Of a stretch of 64,000 nucleotides of DNA, positions 12,311-23,302 are shown in pieces. The translations under genes and the position numbers were made by a program. The stretch comes from Camelus ferus (taxonomy: Eukaryota). How positions within the stretch are numbered: the stretch's first letter is position 1; each line of letters begins with the position of its first letter. A model generated the notes under the pieces. That model ran no database searches. It was not told the origin of the DNA and saw only the letters and a list, made by a program, of their open reading frames with translations. The stretch is taken from the NCBI RefSeq assembly GCF_009834535.1, contig NC_045696.1, positions 67,582,001 through 67,646,000 of the forward strand, in the 5' to 3' direction.

Positions 12311-12954
12311 GTCCTCTAACCTGGCTTTTGATTTTAGAATTCCAAAATTCTTCAAAACATCTGGCCCGGCAGCAAGCTTGCCTAAACCTTACAACCACCC
12401 TAACAGGAATGTTAGTTACGTATTTTGGGCTAGAGCAAGATTCCTTTTCAAGTTAATTTTGACACGTGGGCATTTTTGTACTTTCAACTCTGAATTCTTA
12501 ATCTATTCTTCTCTATTTAAAAATTATTTCAGGATTGATCTGTTAACAGGAAAAAAAAAATATCGGTGTTTACGAGTACAGTTAAAACTGCTGCTGCAAG
12601 GATTACCGGTGACAAGATAAGAATGAGCTCTGCGGCATCTCTCGTGGGAATCTGTGTTTCCCTCAGGCTCCACGCAAAGCGACAAAGTCTGACCCGTTAC
12701 TTTCAGTTTTACTGGTGGGAAATCTCCAAATGTGCTCTGGGTTTTAAAGAGCGAAGCTAACGCTGGGTGTCTCCGAAGCTGTTGTGCTTCAGGGCGCAGC
12801 AATAGCCACCTTCTTTTCTCCTCTTCTCATCTGTTGACTTACAAGAGGGAATGCACTTTCTCACCTGCTGCCGCCAAAAGGAGCAAAATGAAAGCTATAA
12901 CTAACAGCACTTCTACATTTCTGATAGATGGAGATGGGGAGGAATCCTGCAAGT

Positions 12955-13150
12955 TCATATAAAACTTCATCATTCCCACGTTCTCATTTGAATCTCACAA
13001 CAACTGAAAGTCAGATAAGACAATCATCCTTTTTTAACAAATGAGTTAACTGAGGAATAATCTTGTGCATGACTTGAGAGGTACATAACAGAGCTGGAAT
13101 TTAAGCTCAGCTCATCGAACCCCGTGTCCAGGGATCTTCGAGCTGGACCA
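12955..13150 (-). mobile_element. MIR SINE remnant
   Basis: tctcatttgaatctcacaacaac...ttttaacaaatgagttaactgagg...cagagctggaatttaagctcag. Confidence 0.6.
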
Positions 13151-15989
13151 CATTACGTGCATGTGCGGTGCTGGACCCAGAAGTGGGTGATATGCTCGCC
13201 TGACACTACAGCCCAGGGAAGGCAATTAGTCTTGCTTGGGTTTCTGCTTAGTGCTGAACTGCCCACAGTCACTGTCAGAAGATTAAAAGAGTCCTAAAAT
13301 GTAAGAGCATGTGAAAATGTAGAAACTATCCAGTCCAGCCTCATTTACAGATGAAAGGGCAGAAGCTCAGTCAGAGGCAGTGCCTTGATTAAGATCCTAT
13401 AGCAAGCCGACAGCAGAGGGGAGACCTGGACTCGGGCCTTTCAGCTCTCAGCGTAGTACAGGATCTCAGCTGCGAAACCTATTTCCCCGGTGTATGACCG
13501 CGAAGTAGTAGTTTCTTTCCACTAGTAGGCGCTGTTGCCTGAGCATAAGGAACTTCTCTCTCCACACAGGGGAGTCTCACTGTAAATGGAAGTACCCTGT
13601 GGCAAACTGCAGGCCACAAGGATGATGCCTACATGATTCCAGAACAAGGTTAACTCACCCATTACCCTCTGACCCGGCACAATCATTCCAATTCTCTCTG
13701 AAACACTGGGTATATTTTGGATTTAAACATTTGCGTGTTCTGAAAAAAAAAAAAATGGCAGCAGGATGTGGGTATTGGGTTTCACTGATGGGACCAAAAA
13801 AGGCCAGGCTCTGGTTCCTGTCTGACCGTAGCTGGTCTGAATTGATTTGTTCTGTACAAGGGGCTATATTTATTACTTACTTGATACATGTCCAGTTTTA
13901 CTTTGTTACTTATTATTATTATTTTTAAGGACACAAACCCGTTGAGTAGAGTACGTGGCAGATATGCAGTTAGAAGAATTAGGTCCTAGCCCTAATTCTA
14001 CCATATATATATATCTGTGACTCTGGGCAAGCAACAAGGCGACTCATAAAGTGATACTGGGAGAAATACATGCATTAAATTACAAGTGACAATAAAATGC
14101 AAGGAATTCCTTCAAAATATATCACTGTAAAATAAGTTTGTTATGAATATTAATACAAATCACATGTACAATAGAACAGAAAATACTTCTACATCTGGGG
14201 CTCGCATCCAGAGATCACATTCTAAGGAATTCCTATGCCAAAGCCCCAGAAGGAATGCAGAACGGATGTGAGTGGATAGATTTTAAGGATCTAAGCTTCT
14301 CGGAAATGCTGGCAGGGCCATTTCTCTTCTCAGGCAGATGGATACCATGAACATTTGACACATGATGCTACGTCTGGGCTCAGAGGGAGACCCAGGCACA
14401 AAGTCTTAGACCTCAGGCCATCGTCGCCCTTCCGTGTCTGTAAAGTCCCTGTTGCTAAACTGCAGTCGGCATGGATTCCATCTCTCGCTCTCTCATAGCA
14501 ACACTGAGCTGTCTGAGCGCTGAAGTGACGTCTTGGGAACAGTTATTAATACATGTGTGTATGCACACAGTATGCAAAAATATGCAAGATGGAAAGTGAT
14601 TAGCGTACTGCTTTTAGGTAATACTTCCCACCAGGACTATGCTCCTGGAGAAACTCTTCTCTCTCAAAAAGCTTGCACAGTTGTCTGCTATCACTTACCA
14701 GAATGTTTGGGATAAAAATGGTGTCGATTTTAAGGAAACACACTTCTCAATTTTCTTTGTTAACATCTGAATAAAACATGAGAAGGTTCCTACTTTTCCC
14801 CTCTCTCCTTTCATTCAGAGAATAAGTCCCTTCACAATCTTGCTTTGTGTGAGAGAGGAAACAGTCACCCTTCTTTGCCACATCCAGAACAGCACAATCA
14901 CTGGGTTTAAAGGCACAAAAGTTTAAATTCCATTCTAATAAACTCTGCTGGCTGTCATCATTTCTGAGGTGCAGGGCAATGTTTTATAAAGAGAACAGAA
15001 CAAGAAATCACATTTCTACCTTGTTGAACCTTACAGTCCCGTGAGGTCATGAGAGAGCAGCATGGGAAAGGCACAGTAAATTCTACAGGATGGATTTGGT
15101 TGGGTCTGAAGAAACACTCTCTGGACCACATGAGAGCCGGAGACAAAAATGGAACATTTCCTAAACGGACCTGGGCATACACTCTCTATCACTTTCTATA
15201 ACATGTGTTTTTCTAAGCACCTTCCCAGTCTTCGATTTTTCATTCTAAGATAAATTTTATAAGTTGAATATGCAAGTTGAAGTTAGATTAAGTCTGCCTG
15301 AGGGTAAGGATTAGAATAAGCTCAATGGTAATTTATTGGATAGCTTTTCAAGACTCTATATTTGTTGAAAAACTATAAAAGTTATGAAATTAAACAAGAA
15401 AACCAGGCAATAGGCAATGTTCCAGCAGAGGATTTCGGGATGATTCCTCTTGTACTAAAGTTTCTATTTTTAGATGATCATATTTGGTAAACATTTAATT
15501 TTTACAGGATGACTGATACCCAAGTGCCTAATATCTAGTAAGATAAATCAAGGGCTCTCCCTTACTAGGGCTTAAAGGGCGCTCCCAGAAGCCAAGTAAA
15601 TCCACAGCAACTGTATCAAAACAGATAAGCCCAGTAATGGGTCCTTGCATCAGCTCCTGCTGTGCACTTTTATTTGTAGTTTTGTCTTAGGCAAGAGATA
15701 CCACACAAGGGGAGTGCAAAGTTGAAGGTCTTTAGCAAAAATTTGGACTGTAAACACAGCTTGGCATTATCAGCATTCTGTTAAGTTCAAAGAAGAGATA
15801 GTTACAACAAATACAGCTTGCTTTATTTCTGAAACAAAACTGTGCACATATTTGTGGCCATACTACTAATTAACCTGTAGATTGTTCCTTTCATCTATTC
15901 AGTGTGTTTTTCTCCCCCCTGTTACAACATGTTGGGGTTATTTTTTTCCCATCTGGAATATACTCAAATTGTTCTTTTATAGGCGCTAG

Positions 15990-16240
15990 AGAGAAGAGTT
16001 GTACAAATGATGAAGACACTAGAGAGACTGATTTGTACAAAAAGATTAGAGGAGCTATATGTGGACATATAACGAGGCTGAGGGATGACTAAGGAGTACC
16101 ATGATGGCGGCCTATAAATATTTGACAGGTGTAAACACCGAGGAATAATTCAGCATGGTCCAGGTGACAAAACGGAGTGATGGTTTATCTTAAAGAGAAG
16201 AGAAACTCCCACTGAAGGAAAGCTTTTAAATATATCAGAT
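15990..16240 (+). mobile_element. L3/CR1 LINE remnant
   Basis: gattagaggagct...gaggctgagggatga...catgatggcggcctataaatatttgacagg...caaaacggagtgatggttt resembles the CR1 3' region. Confidence 0.5.
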
Positions 16241-17119
16241 GTTATCCATGGGACACAGCAAAATTGGAACAGAAAGGTAGCTGAAAACAACAGAATAAAA
16301 GTCAGAAGACGTGGGTTTTCTTTATCATACCTACACTGCTATGTGACTTCCAGTCATTTAACCCCCAGGGGCCTCAGATTCCTCTTTCGTAAATTAAAGT
16401 GTGAGCCAGAATTAGAGATTTTAAAGCATGCGCCAAAGAATCTTAAGGATTTGGAGGATTCAGCTATGTCCGAACCTTAGAATAGGAAGAGGAGTGGAGG
16501 AGGGTAGTGACAGACCAGAGCCCTCTTACCAGTTTCATCTCTATACCATCAACTTCCTCAGAATAAATTTTCAGAGATTTACTGACTTAAAAAAAAGGTT
16601 GCACAAGGAATTTGCTGACTTAAAAGTTTGAGAAAGATTATTAGAGATTGGTTTTAGACCCATTATTATTCAAAAGATTCCTGAGAAGGCAGGAGACTCA
16701 TTAAAGTTATGCTTTCACAAAATGTGTGTTGAGAACCTACTATGGGCCAATGTAGCTGACACAGCTGTCAGGCAGATAAGCCCTTGTGGAACGCATGTTC
16801 CAAATGTAATTTTTAATATAGGATTGCCAAACATTCATAAATGAATAGAGGCTTAACCCAAGTAACTCCCTGTGAGATTGAAAATAATTTAATTCAACAT
16901 TTATTGAACACCTGCTATGAAATCCTTAGGACTCGTGAGAGAGAATACAGAAGGTAAACGTTCAAATGAAGCAGATAACAAGCACATATTATTATGTCAG
17001 GCACTGTGTGTCACGCTAGGGATCTTCCGTTTCCATCCCATCAGCCATTCAGTCCTGGGCTTTGTACATAACCCATTAACACTGCTATGAGCACGGCCTG
17101 ACCCCTGCTCCAGCTGGCC

Positions 17120-17587
17120 ACCAGAGTCAGCTGCATTTGCTCTCAAACTTACTCCTACCATTTGCACTTGTTATAGTAATTGCACTGTTTAATTAGCTAT
17201 TATGTAAATTAACAAAAAACAGTGAAAATGTTTTTATTTTAAAAAATAACATCTAAATAGAATGTTTTGGAAAAGTTCCATAGAGGCATTTCACTTAGGA
17301 AAAAAAAAATTCAGTTAGGTATGGATAAGCCACTTTAAAATATTAGGAGAAAAAAGCTTAAAAGTTGTAAAGCATTCTGCACTCACAGCGTTTCACAAGT
17401 GTCTTTAAATTCCTGCTCTCCTTTGAAGAAACCCAAATTGTAAATTGTAGAGGACCCATTATGACATTATGCGCTATGACACACATCTGATGCAAAGCCC
17501 ACAGCCCTCATTCAAAAATGTCTTGTCCATATTTGAAAAAATAAAAAAGGCGAAATGTGCATTTTGCTGTTTATTTATTAAAATAAA
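17120..17587 (+). mobile_element. Tigger13a-like TcMar DNA transposon, left part (split by L1 insertion)
   Basis: ttgttatagtaattgcac...gaatgttttggaaaag...gcattctgcactcacagcgtttcacaagtgtctttaaattcctgctctcctttgaagaaaccc matches my recollection of the Tigger13a transposase-derived region. Confidence 0.65.
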
Positions 17588-18547
17588 CTTAATTTATAAT
17601 TGATGTCTAATAAATGAACCCATTTTAAATGTGCACTATGATAAATTTTAAGGAATTCATAGGCTTTTGTAACTATCACCATAATCAAGTTCTAGAACAT
17701 TCCTACTACTTCAAAAAGTTTCTTTGTATCCCATTAGAGTCAGACATCTCTCCCAGCTTCAGAAAACTACTGACTGATTTCTGTCACATAGACTAAACTT
17801 GCCTTTTCTATGGTTTCATGAAAACGAAATTACATAGTAGATACTCTTTTTGGTGGGGAGGGGGGTGACATGAGGTATCTTGTTCATTTCACTCAACAAA
17901 GTGTGTGAGGTTTTCCCATGTCATTGCCTTTATTGGTAGTTCATTTCCTTATTACCAATGAGAAGCTCTCCATTCTAAAAATATAGCACACCTTGTCCTG
18001 TCACCTGTTAATGGACTTTTAAGTTGGTTTTGGCTATTGCAAATAAAGCTTCTATGAGTTTTTGTATACAAGTCTTTGTATGGAAATAAGTTTTCATTTT
18101 CCTTGGGTCAAAGTATAGGAGGAAAAATGCTGGGTCATATGATAAACATGTGTTTAACTTTTCAAGACATTATCAGAGTGTTTTCTAAAGTGATTGTACC
18201 ATTTTACATCCTCACCAGCAATGTATAAGAGTTCCGGTTGCTCCATTTAATAGTTAACACTTGGTAATGTCATTCCTTTAAATCTTAGCCATTCTAATCA
18301 ATGTGTAGAGGTACCTCATGAAATTTTAATTTGTACTTCTCTAAAGACTAAAGATTTAGAGCATATTTTATTTGTTCATTAGTTTTGTATAATTTCAATA
18401 AGTATTTGTTCAAATATTTTGTCTATTTTTTTTAATTGAATTGTTTGCCTTCATTTTGAGTTGCTAAGAGTTCTTTCTATATTCTGGACGTATGTGCTTT
18501 GTCAGATATGTATAAATTGCACTTATTTTCTCCCAGTATGTAGCTTT
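17588..18547 (-). mobile_element. Old eutherian L1 (L1MB/L1MC-like) 3' UTR and ORF2 C-terminus, segment 1
   Basis: Reverse L1M 3' phrases: cccattttaaatgtgcac, aactatcaccataatcaagttctagaacatt, attttacatcctcaccagcaatgtataagagttcc, gccattctaatc. Breaks at ttctcccagtatgtagc. Confidence 0.8.
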
Positions 18548-18549
18548 CA

Positions 18550-21500
18550 TTAATACATTTACTGAGGTAACACTAGTTTATAACATTAGGTAAGTTTCAT
18601 ATGCACAACATTATATTTCTACATCTGTATACTCTACAACATACTCAATATAAAAAATTTACTGATGGTTACAAGAGGGGAGGGAGGTAAAATAACATGG
18701 TATTTGTCCTATGTCTAACTTATTTTACTCAGCATAATACTCTCTAGGTCCATTCCTGCTGTTGCAAATGGCAAGGTTTCATGATTTTTTCATGACTGTG
18801 AAATGTTCCACTCTTTTTTTTATCCATTCATCTATCAAAGCACATAGATTGCTTGGCTGTTGTAAATAATGCTGCAGTGAACATTAGGATGCATATTTTT
18901 TTGAATTAGTGTTTTTGTTTTCTATGTATAAAGATCTAGAAGTGAAATTGCTGGATTGTATGGTAGCTCCATTTTTAGTTTTTTGAGAAGACTGCATAGG
19001 GTTGCCCATAAGTGATGGTTCCAATTTGCATTCCCACAATCAGTGCACCAGGATTCCCTTTCCCCCACAACCTCTCCAACATTTATTATTTCTTGTCTTT
19101 TTGATGATAGCCATTCTGAGAGGGGTGAGGTGGTATCTCTCACTGTGGTTTTGATTTGCATTTCACTGCTGATTAGTGATGCTGAATGTAATTTCATGTG
19201 TTTATTGGCCATCTATACTTCTTCGTTGGGAAATGGCTATTCAGATCAACTGTCTACTTTTCAAACAGGTTGTTTTTTTGATATTGAATTGTATGAGTTC
19301 TTTATATATTTTGGATATTAATTGCTTATCAGCATATCATTTAAAAATATCTTCTTCTATTCATTAAGTTGTTTTCATTTTGTTAGTTTTCTTCACTGTG
19401 CAAACATTTTTAAAATTTGATGTAGTCCCATTTCTTTATTTTTGCCTTTTGTTGCCCTCAACTGAGGAAACAGATCCTCCCAAAATATTGCTAAGACCAA
19501 TTTTTTTTCTAGAAGTTTTATGGTTTCAGATCTTATATTTAAGTCTTTACTTCACTTTAAGTTTCTTTTTGTTTATGGTGTAAGAAAGTAGTTTTTTCAT
19601 TCTTTTGCATGTAGCTGTACAATTTTCTCAACATTTATCGAAGAGACTGTTTTTTTTCCATTGTTATATTCTTGTCTCCTTGTCATAGACTAATTGGCCA
19701 GTTAAGTGTTATTCCATTGATTAGTATGTCCAATACCATTCTGTTTTGATTACCATAGCTTTACAGTATAGTTTGAAATCAGGGTGGATGTTATCTCCAG
19801 TTTTGTTCTTCTTTCTTAGGATTGCTTAGACTATTTGGGGTATTTTGTGGTTCCATACAAATTTTAGAATTATTTGTTCTACTTCTGTGAACAATGCCAT
19901 GGGTACTTTGATAGGAGTTGCACTAAATCGGTAGATTGCCTTGGACATTTTAACAATATTAATTCCAATCCACAAGCACAGTATATCTTTCCATTTATTT
20001 GTTCTGTATTCTTCCATAAGAATTATTTTCATCAATGTCTTAATAGTTTCCAGAGAACAGGTCTTTCACATCCTTGGTTAAATTTATTCCTGGGTATTTT
20101 ATTCTTTTTGATGGACTCGTAAGTGGAATTATTTTCTTCACTTTCTTTTCTGATAGTTCATTATTAATGTATAAAAATGCAACAAATTTCTGCATTTTAA
20201 TTTTGTATATTTTTTTTGATGTCATACTTTACATATTTTAATTTTGTGTATCCCTAATTACTTATTGCAGTTATAGTTCATTTTACTACTTTTGTCTTTA
20301 AACCTTCATACTAGCTTTTTAAGTAGCTGATCCACTGCCTTTACTATGTATTTGCCTTAATCTGTGAGATTTTTTTCTGTCATATATTTTCTTATTTCTA
20401 GTATGGCTTTTCTACTCCACTTGAGACACTTGAACATTTCTTGCAAGGCCAATTTGGTGGTGATGAACCCCTTTGGTTTTTTTCATCTGGGAAACTAATA
20501 TTATTTCTCCTTCAGTTCTTAATGATAACCTTGCAAGACTTTTCTTGGTTTCAAATTTTGTTTTTCTTGCACTTTAAATACATCATTATTCCATTCTGGC
20601 CTGAAAAATTTCTGCTGAAAAACTAGTTGATAGTTTAATGGGGGTTCCCTTGTATGTGACTAGTTGTTTTTGTCTTGCTGCCTTAAACACTCTATATTTA
20701 GCTTTCACCATTTAAACTATGACATAACTTGATGTAGCTATATTAGGGTTCAACTTGTTTGGGGCTCTATGCTTCTTAGACCTGATATCTGTTTTCTAAT
20801 CAAGGTTAAGAAAGTTTTCAGCCATTATTTTTTCAAATATGTTTTCTGAACCTTTCTTTCTTCTCCTTCTGGGGCCCCTATAATAGAAATGTAAGTACGC
20901 TTGATTTTGTCCCAGAGGTCCCTTAAACTATCCTCAGTAATCTTTTCCCCCATTTTTGCTGTTCTGATTAGGTAAGTTCACTATTCTGTATTCTAGATCA
21001 CTGATCCATTCTTCTGTATCATTTAATCTGTTGTTGACTCCCTCTAGTATATTTTTCATTTTAGTTATTGTATTCTTCAGTTCTGATTTTTAAAAAATAT
21101 TTTCTATTTGCCAACATTCTCACTGAGTTCATCCACTCTTCTCTTTAGCTCAGTGAGCATCTTTCTGCCATTTTTGAACCCTTCATCAGGTAAATTACTT
21201 ATCTCTATTTCATTTCCTTCCTTGGGATTTTATACTGTTCTTTCATTTAGAACATATTCCTCTCCTCATTTTGCTTGACTTTCTGTGTTTTTTTTCACTA
21301 TTAATTAGGCAAGACAGCTACCTCTCCCAATCTTGTATAGACTGCATGTGCCCATTGGCTTTGGCAGACCAGCTGGAGCTGGAAGGGGCGTGGTCTAGGG
21401 GTCTTGGAGCATGCCACGCCAGGACCACCTAGGTGGGATCCCTGGAGTGAGCACAAGCCAGAGTGATCCTGGGAGGGCCCCTACGGGGGGCTGCCTTGGT

Positions 21501-21989
21501 GGAACAGCTAGAGCCGGCGTGGGCCAGGGACCTGGGGCATGCTGGGGTGAGAGCACCTGGGCCATGTTCCTGTGCGTACTATAACGTGGAGGAGGAATAC
21601 AAAAAATGACACTCTCTGGGACTCCAGAGACAGTTTCAGCAGTTCCTTGGCCATTTGGCAGATGCTTTAGGGTTAGTGAATAGATTTCTTTCACATGCAC
21701 TCTAAGTGCCCTTTAAACTGCTCATTTATAACTGTGCTTCAGGGTGGGTAAGTCTGTGTGTAGGCCCCTCAGTGATATCCTTTCCCACTGCAGGCTGCTG
21801 CCTTGGAAGTGAGCTTCCTGTCAATACCTATATCTCTGTCTGTCCTACCCAACTCTGTGTGGTCCCTCTATTGTTTGTTGTGCAGAAGCCATTCAATCAG
21901 TCCTTCGTTCTTTAGGAGGAACTGTAGGATATCTGTGGGATAAAGTGAGTTCAGGGCCTTCCTACACTGCCATCTTGGACCAGAACTTC
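18550..21989 (-). mobile_element. LINE-1 retaining 5' UTR, ORF1 remnant, 3' half of ORF2 and 3' UTR, with a large internal deletion
   Basis: Track ORFs 20040..20225, 19826..20035 and 18922..19212 are ORF2 ([50 protein letters not shown]). ORF1/inter-ORF-type sequence at about 20215-21300, GC-richer 5' UTR at about 21300-21989, starting with the L1 YY1-type motif CAAGATGGC (21969-21977 on minus). Confidence 0.85.
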
Positions 21990-21990
21990 A

Positions 21991-22197
21991 TTTCATTTTT
22001 AAGTTGAGGTTTTTCTGAAAAGCCAAAGCCTTAAAATTTTTATAAAATCCAATTGATTATGTTTTTCTTTTTTGGCTTTTTTTTTTTTTTTTGGTGTCTT
22101 CTGTAGGAAATCTTTGCTTCCTTCAGCATCATAAGGATTTTCTATGTTTTCCTGTAGAAGTTTTATAATTTAGCTTTGACATTTAGGTCTACGACCC
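21991..22197 (-). mobile_element. Old L1 ORF2, segment 2 (continuation of 17588-18547)
   Basis: tttcattttt...tttggtgtc...aggaaatctttgc...tagaagttttataatttagctttgacatttaggtcta resumes the reverse ORF2 sequence interrupted at about 18547 (DLNVK..IKLL.EN region). Confidence 0.75.
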
Positions 22198-22496
22198 AAA
22201 ATATGTGCAAGACCTTTACAATCAGAACCGTAAAACACTGCTGAGAGAAATTCAAGAAGATCTAAATAAAGAGAAAAATATGCCATGTTCACATATTAGA
22301 AGACAGTATTGTTAGGGTGTCATTTCTCCCCAGTATGATTTATCAAACGTAAATCCTACCATATTTTATTGGTACAAATTGGTAAACTGATTGTAAATTT
22401 TACATGGAATGCAAAGAATGCAGAATGGTCCAAATAATTTTTTAAAAGAATAAAGTTGGAGGACTTTCATTTTCTGATAACAAAATTTGCTTCTAA
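22198..22496 (+). mobile_element. Old L1 ORF2, inverted segment (continues at about 23147-23182)
   Basis: aaaatatgtgcaagacctttac...aaaacactgctgagagaaattcaagaagatctaaataaa...aaaagaataaagttggaggactt = KYVQDLY..KTLLREIQEDLNK..KNKVGGL. Resumes after the young L1 as ggttacagtaattaaaacagtg (VTVIKTV). Confidence 0.75.
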
Positions 22497-23131
22497 TCCA
22501 GCAATCCCACTTCTGGCTATATATCTGGAAGGAACTCTAATTTGAAAAGATACATGCACCTCAATGTTCACAGCAATATATACAATAGCTAAGACATGGA
22601 AGCAACCTAAATTCCCATCGACAGATGACTGGATAAAGAAGTTACGGTACATTTATACAATGGAATACTACTCAGCCATAAAAAAGAATGAAATAATGCC
22701 ACCTGCAGCAACATGGATGGACTCAGAGCTCATCATTCTAAGTGAAGTAAGCCAGAAAGAGAAAGAAAAATATCATATGATAGCACTCATATGTGGAATC
22801 TAAAAAAAAAAAAAGGACACTATGAACTCATCTATAAAACAGAAGCAGACTCACAGACATAGTAATCAATCTTTTGGTTACCAAGGAAAGGGGGTGAGAA
22901 GGGATAAATTTGGGAGTTTGAGATTTACAAATGTTAGCCACTATATATAAAAACAGATTAAAAACATTTCTTCTATATAGCACAGGGAACTACGTTCAAT
23001 ATCTTATAATAATCTTTAATGAAAAAGAATATGAAAATAAATATAAGTATGAATATGCATGACTGAGACATTGTGCTGTACACCAGAAATTGACACATTG
23101 TAACTGACTGTACTTCAATGAAAAAAAAAAA
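22497..23131 (+). mobile_element. 5'-truncated young camelid-type LINE-1 (ORF2 end + 3' UTR + poly-A) with 15-bp TSD
   Basis: Track ORF 22564..22803 (IAKTWKQPKFPSTDDWIKK..YTMEYYSAIKKNEI) is the ORF2 C-terminus. TSD aaaatttgcttctaa (22482-22496) / aagatttgtttctaa (23132-23146). Confidence 0.92.
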
Positions 23132-23182
23132 AAGATTTGTTTCTAAGGTTACAGTAATTAAAACAGTGGGGGGACTAGTACC

Positions 23183-23302
23183 AAAATAAAAATGTTAAAA
23201 TTAAATTATGTAGTCTCTCTCTTCTCTCAACTGGGATTCCCCAATTCAAAGTGTAATTTGATTAGCTCAGTGGACCCAAATGCATTGAAGAAGGTTCTAT
23301 TG
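23183..23302 (+). mobile_element. Tigger13a-like element, right terminus
   Basis: aaaataaaaatgttaa...gattcccc...ttgattagc...gaaggttctattg followed by TA, the TcMar target dinucleotide. Confidence 0.55.

Noticed and set aside
18922..20225. RT-related ORFs as a functional retroelement or novel reverse-transcriptase system
   Set aside because: Frameshifted, internally deleted LINE-1 ORF2 debris; the endonuclease and the RT catalytic core are missing.
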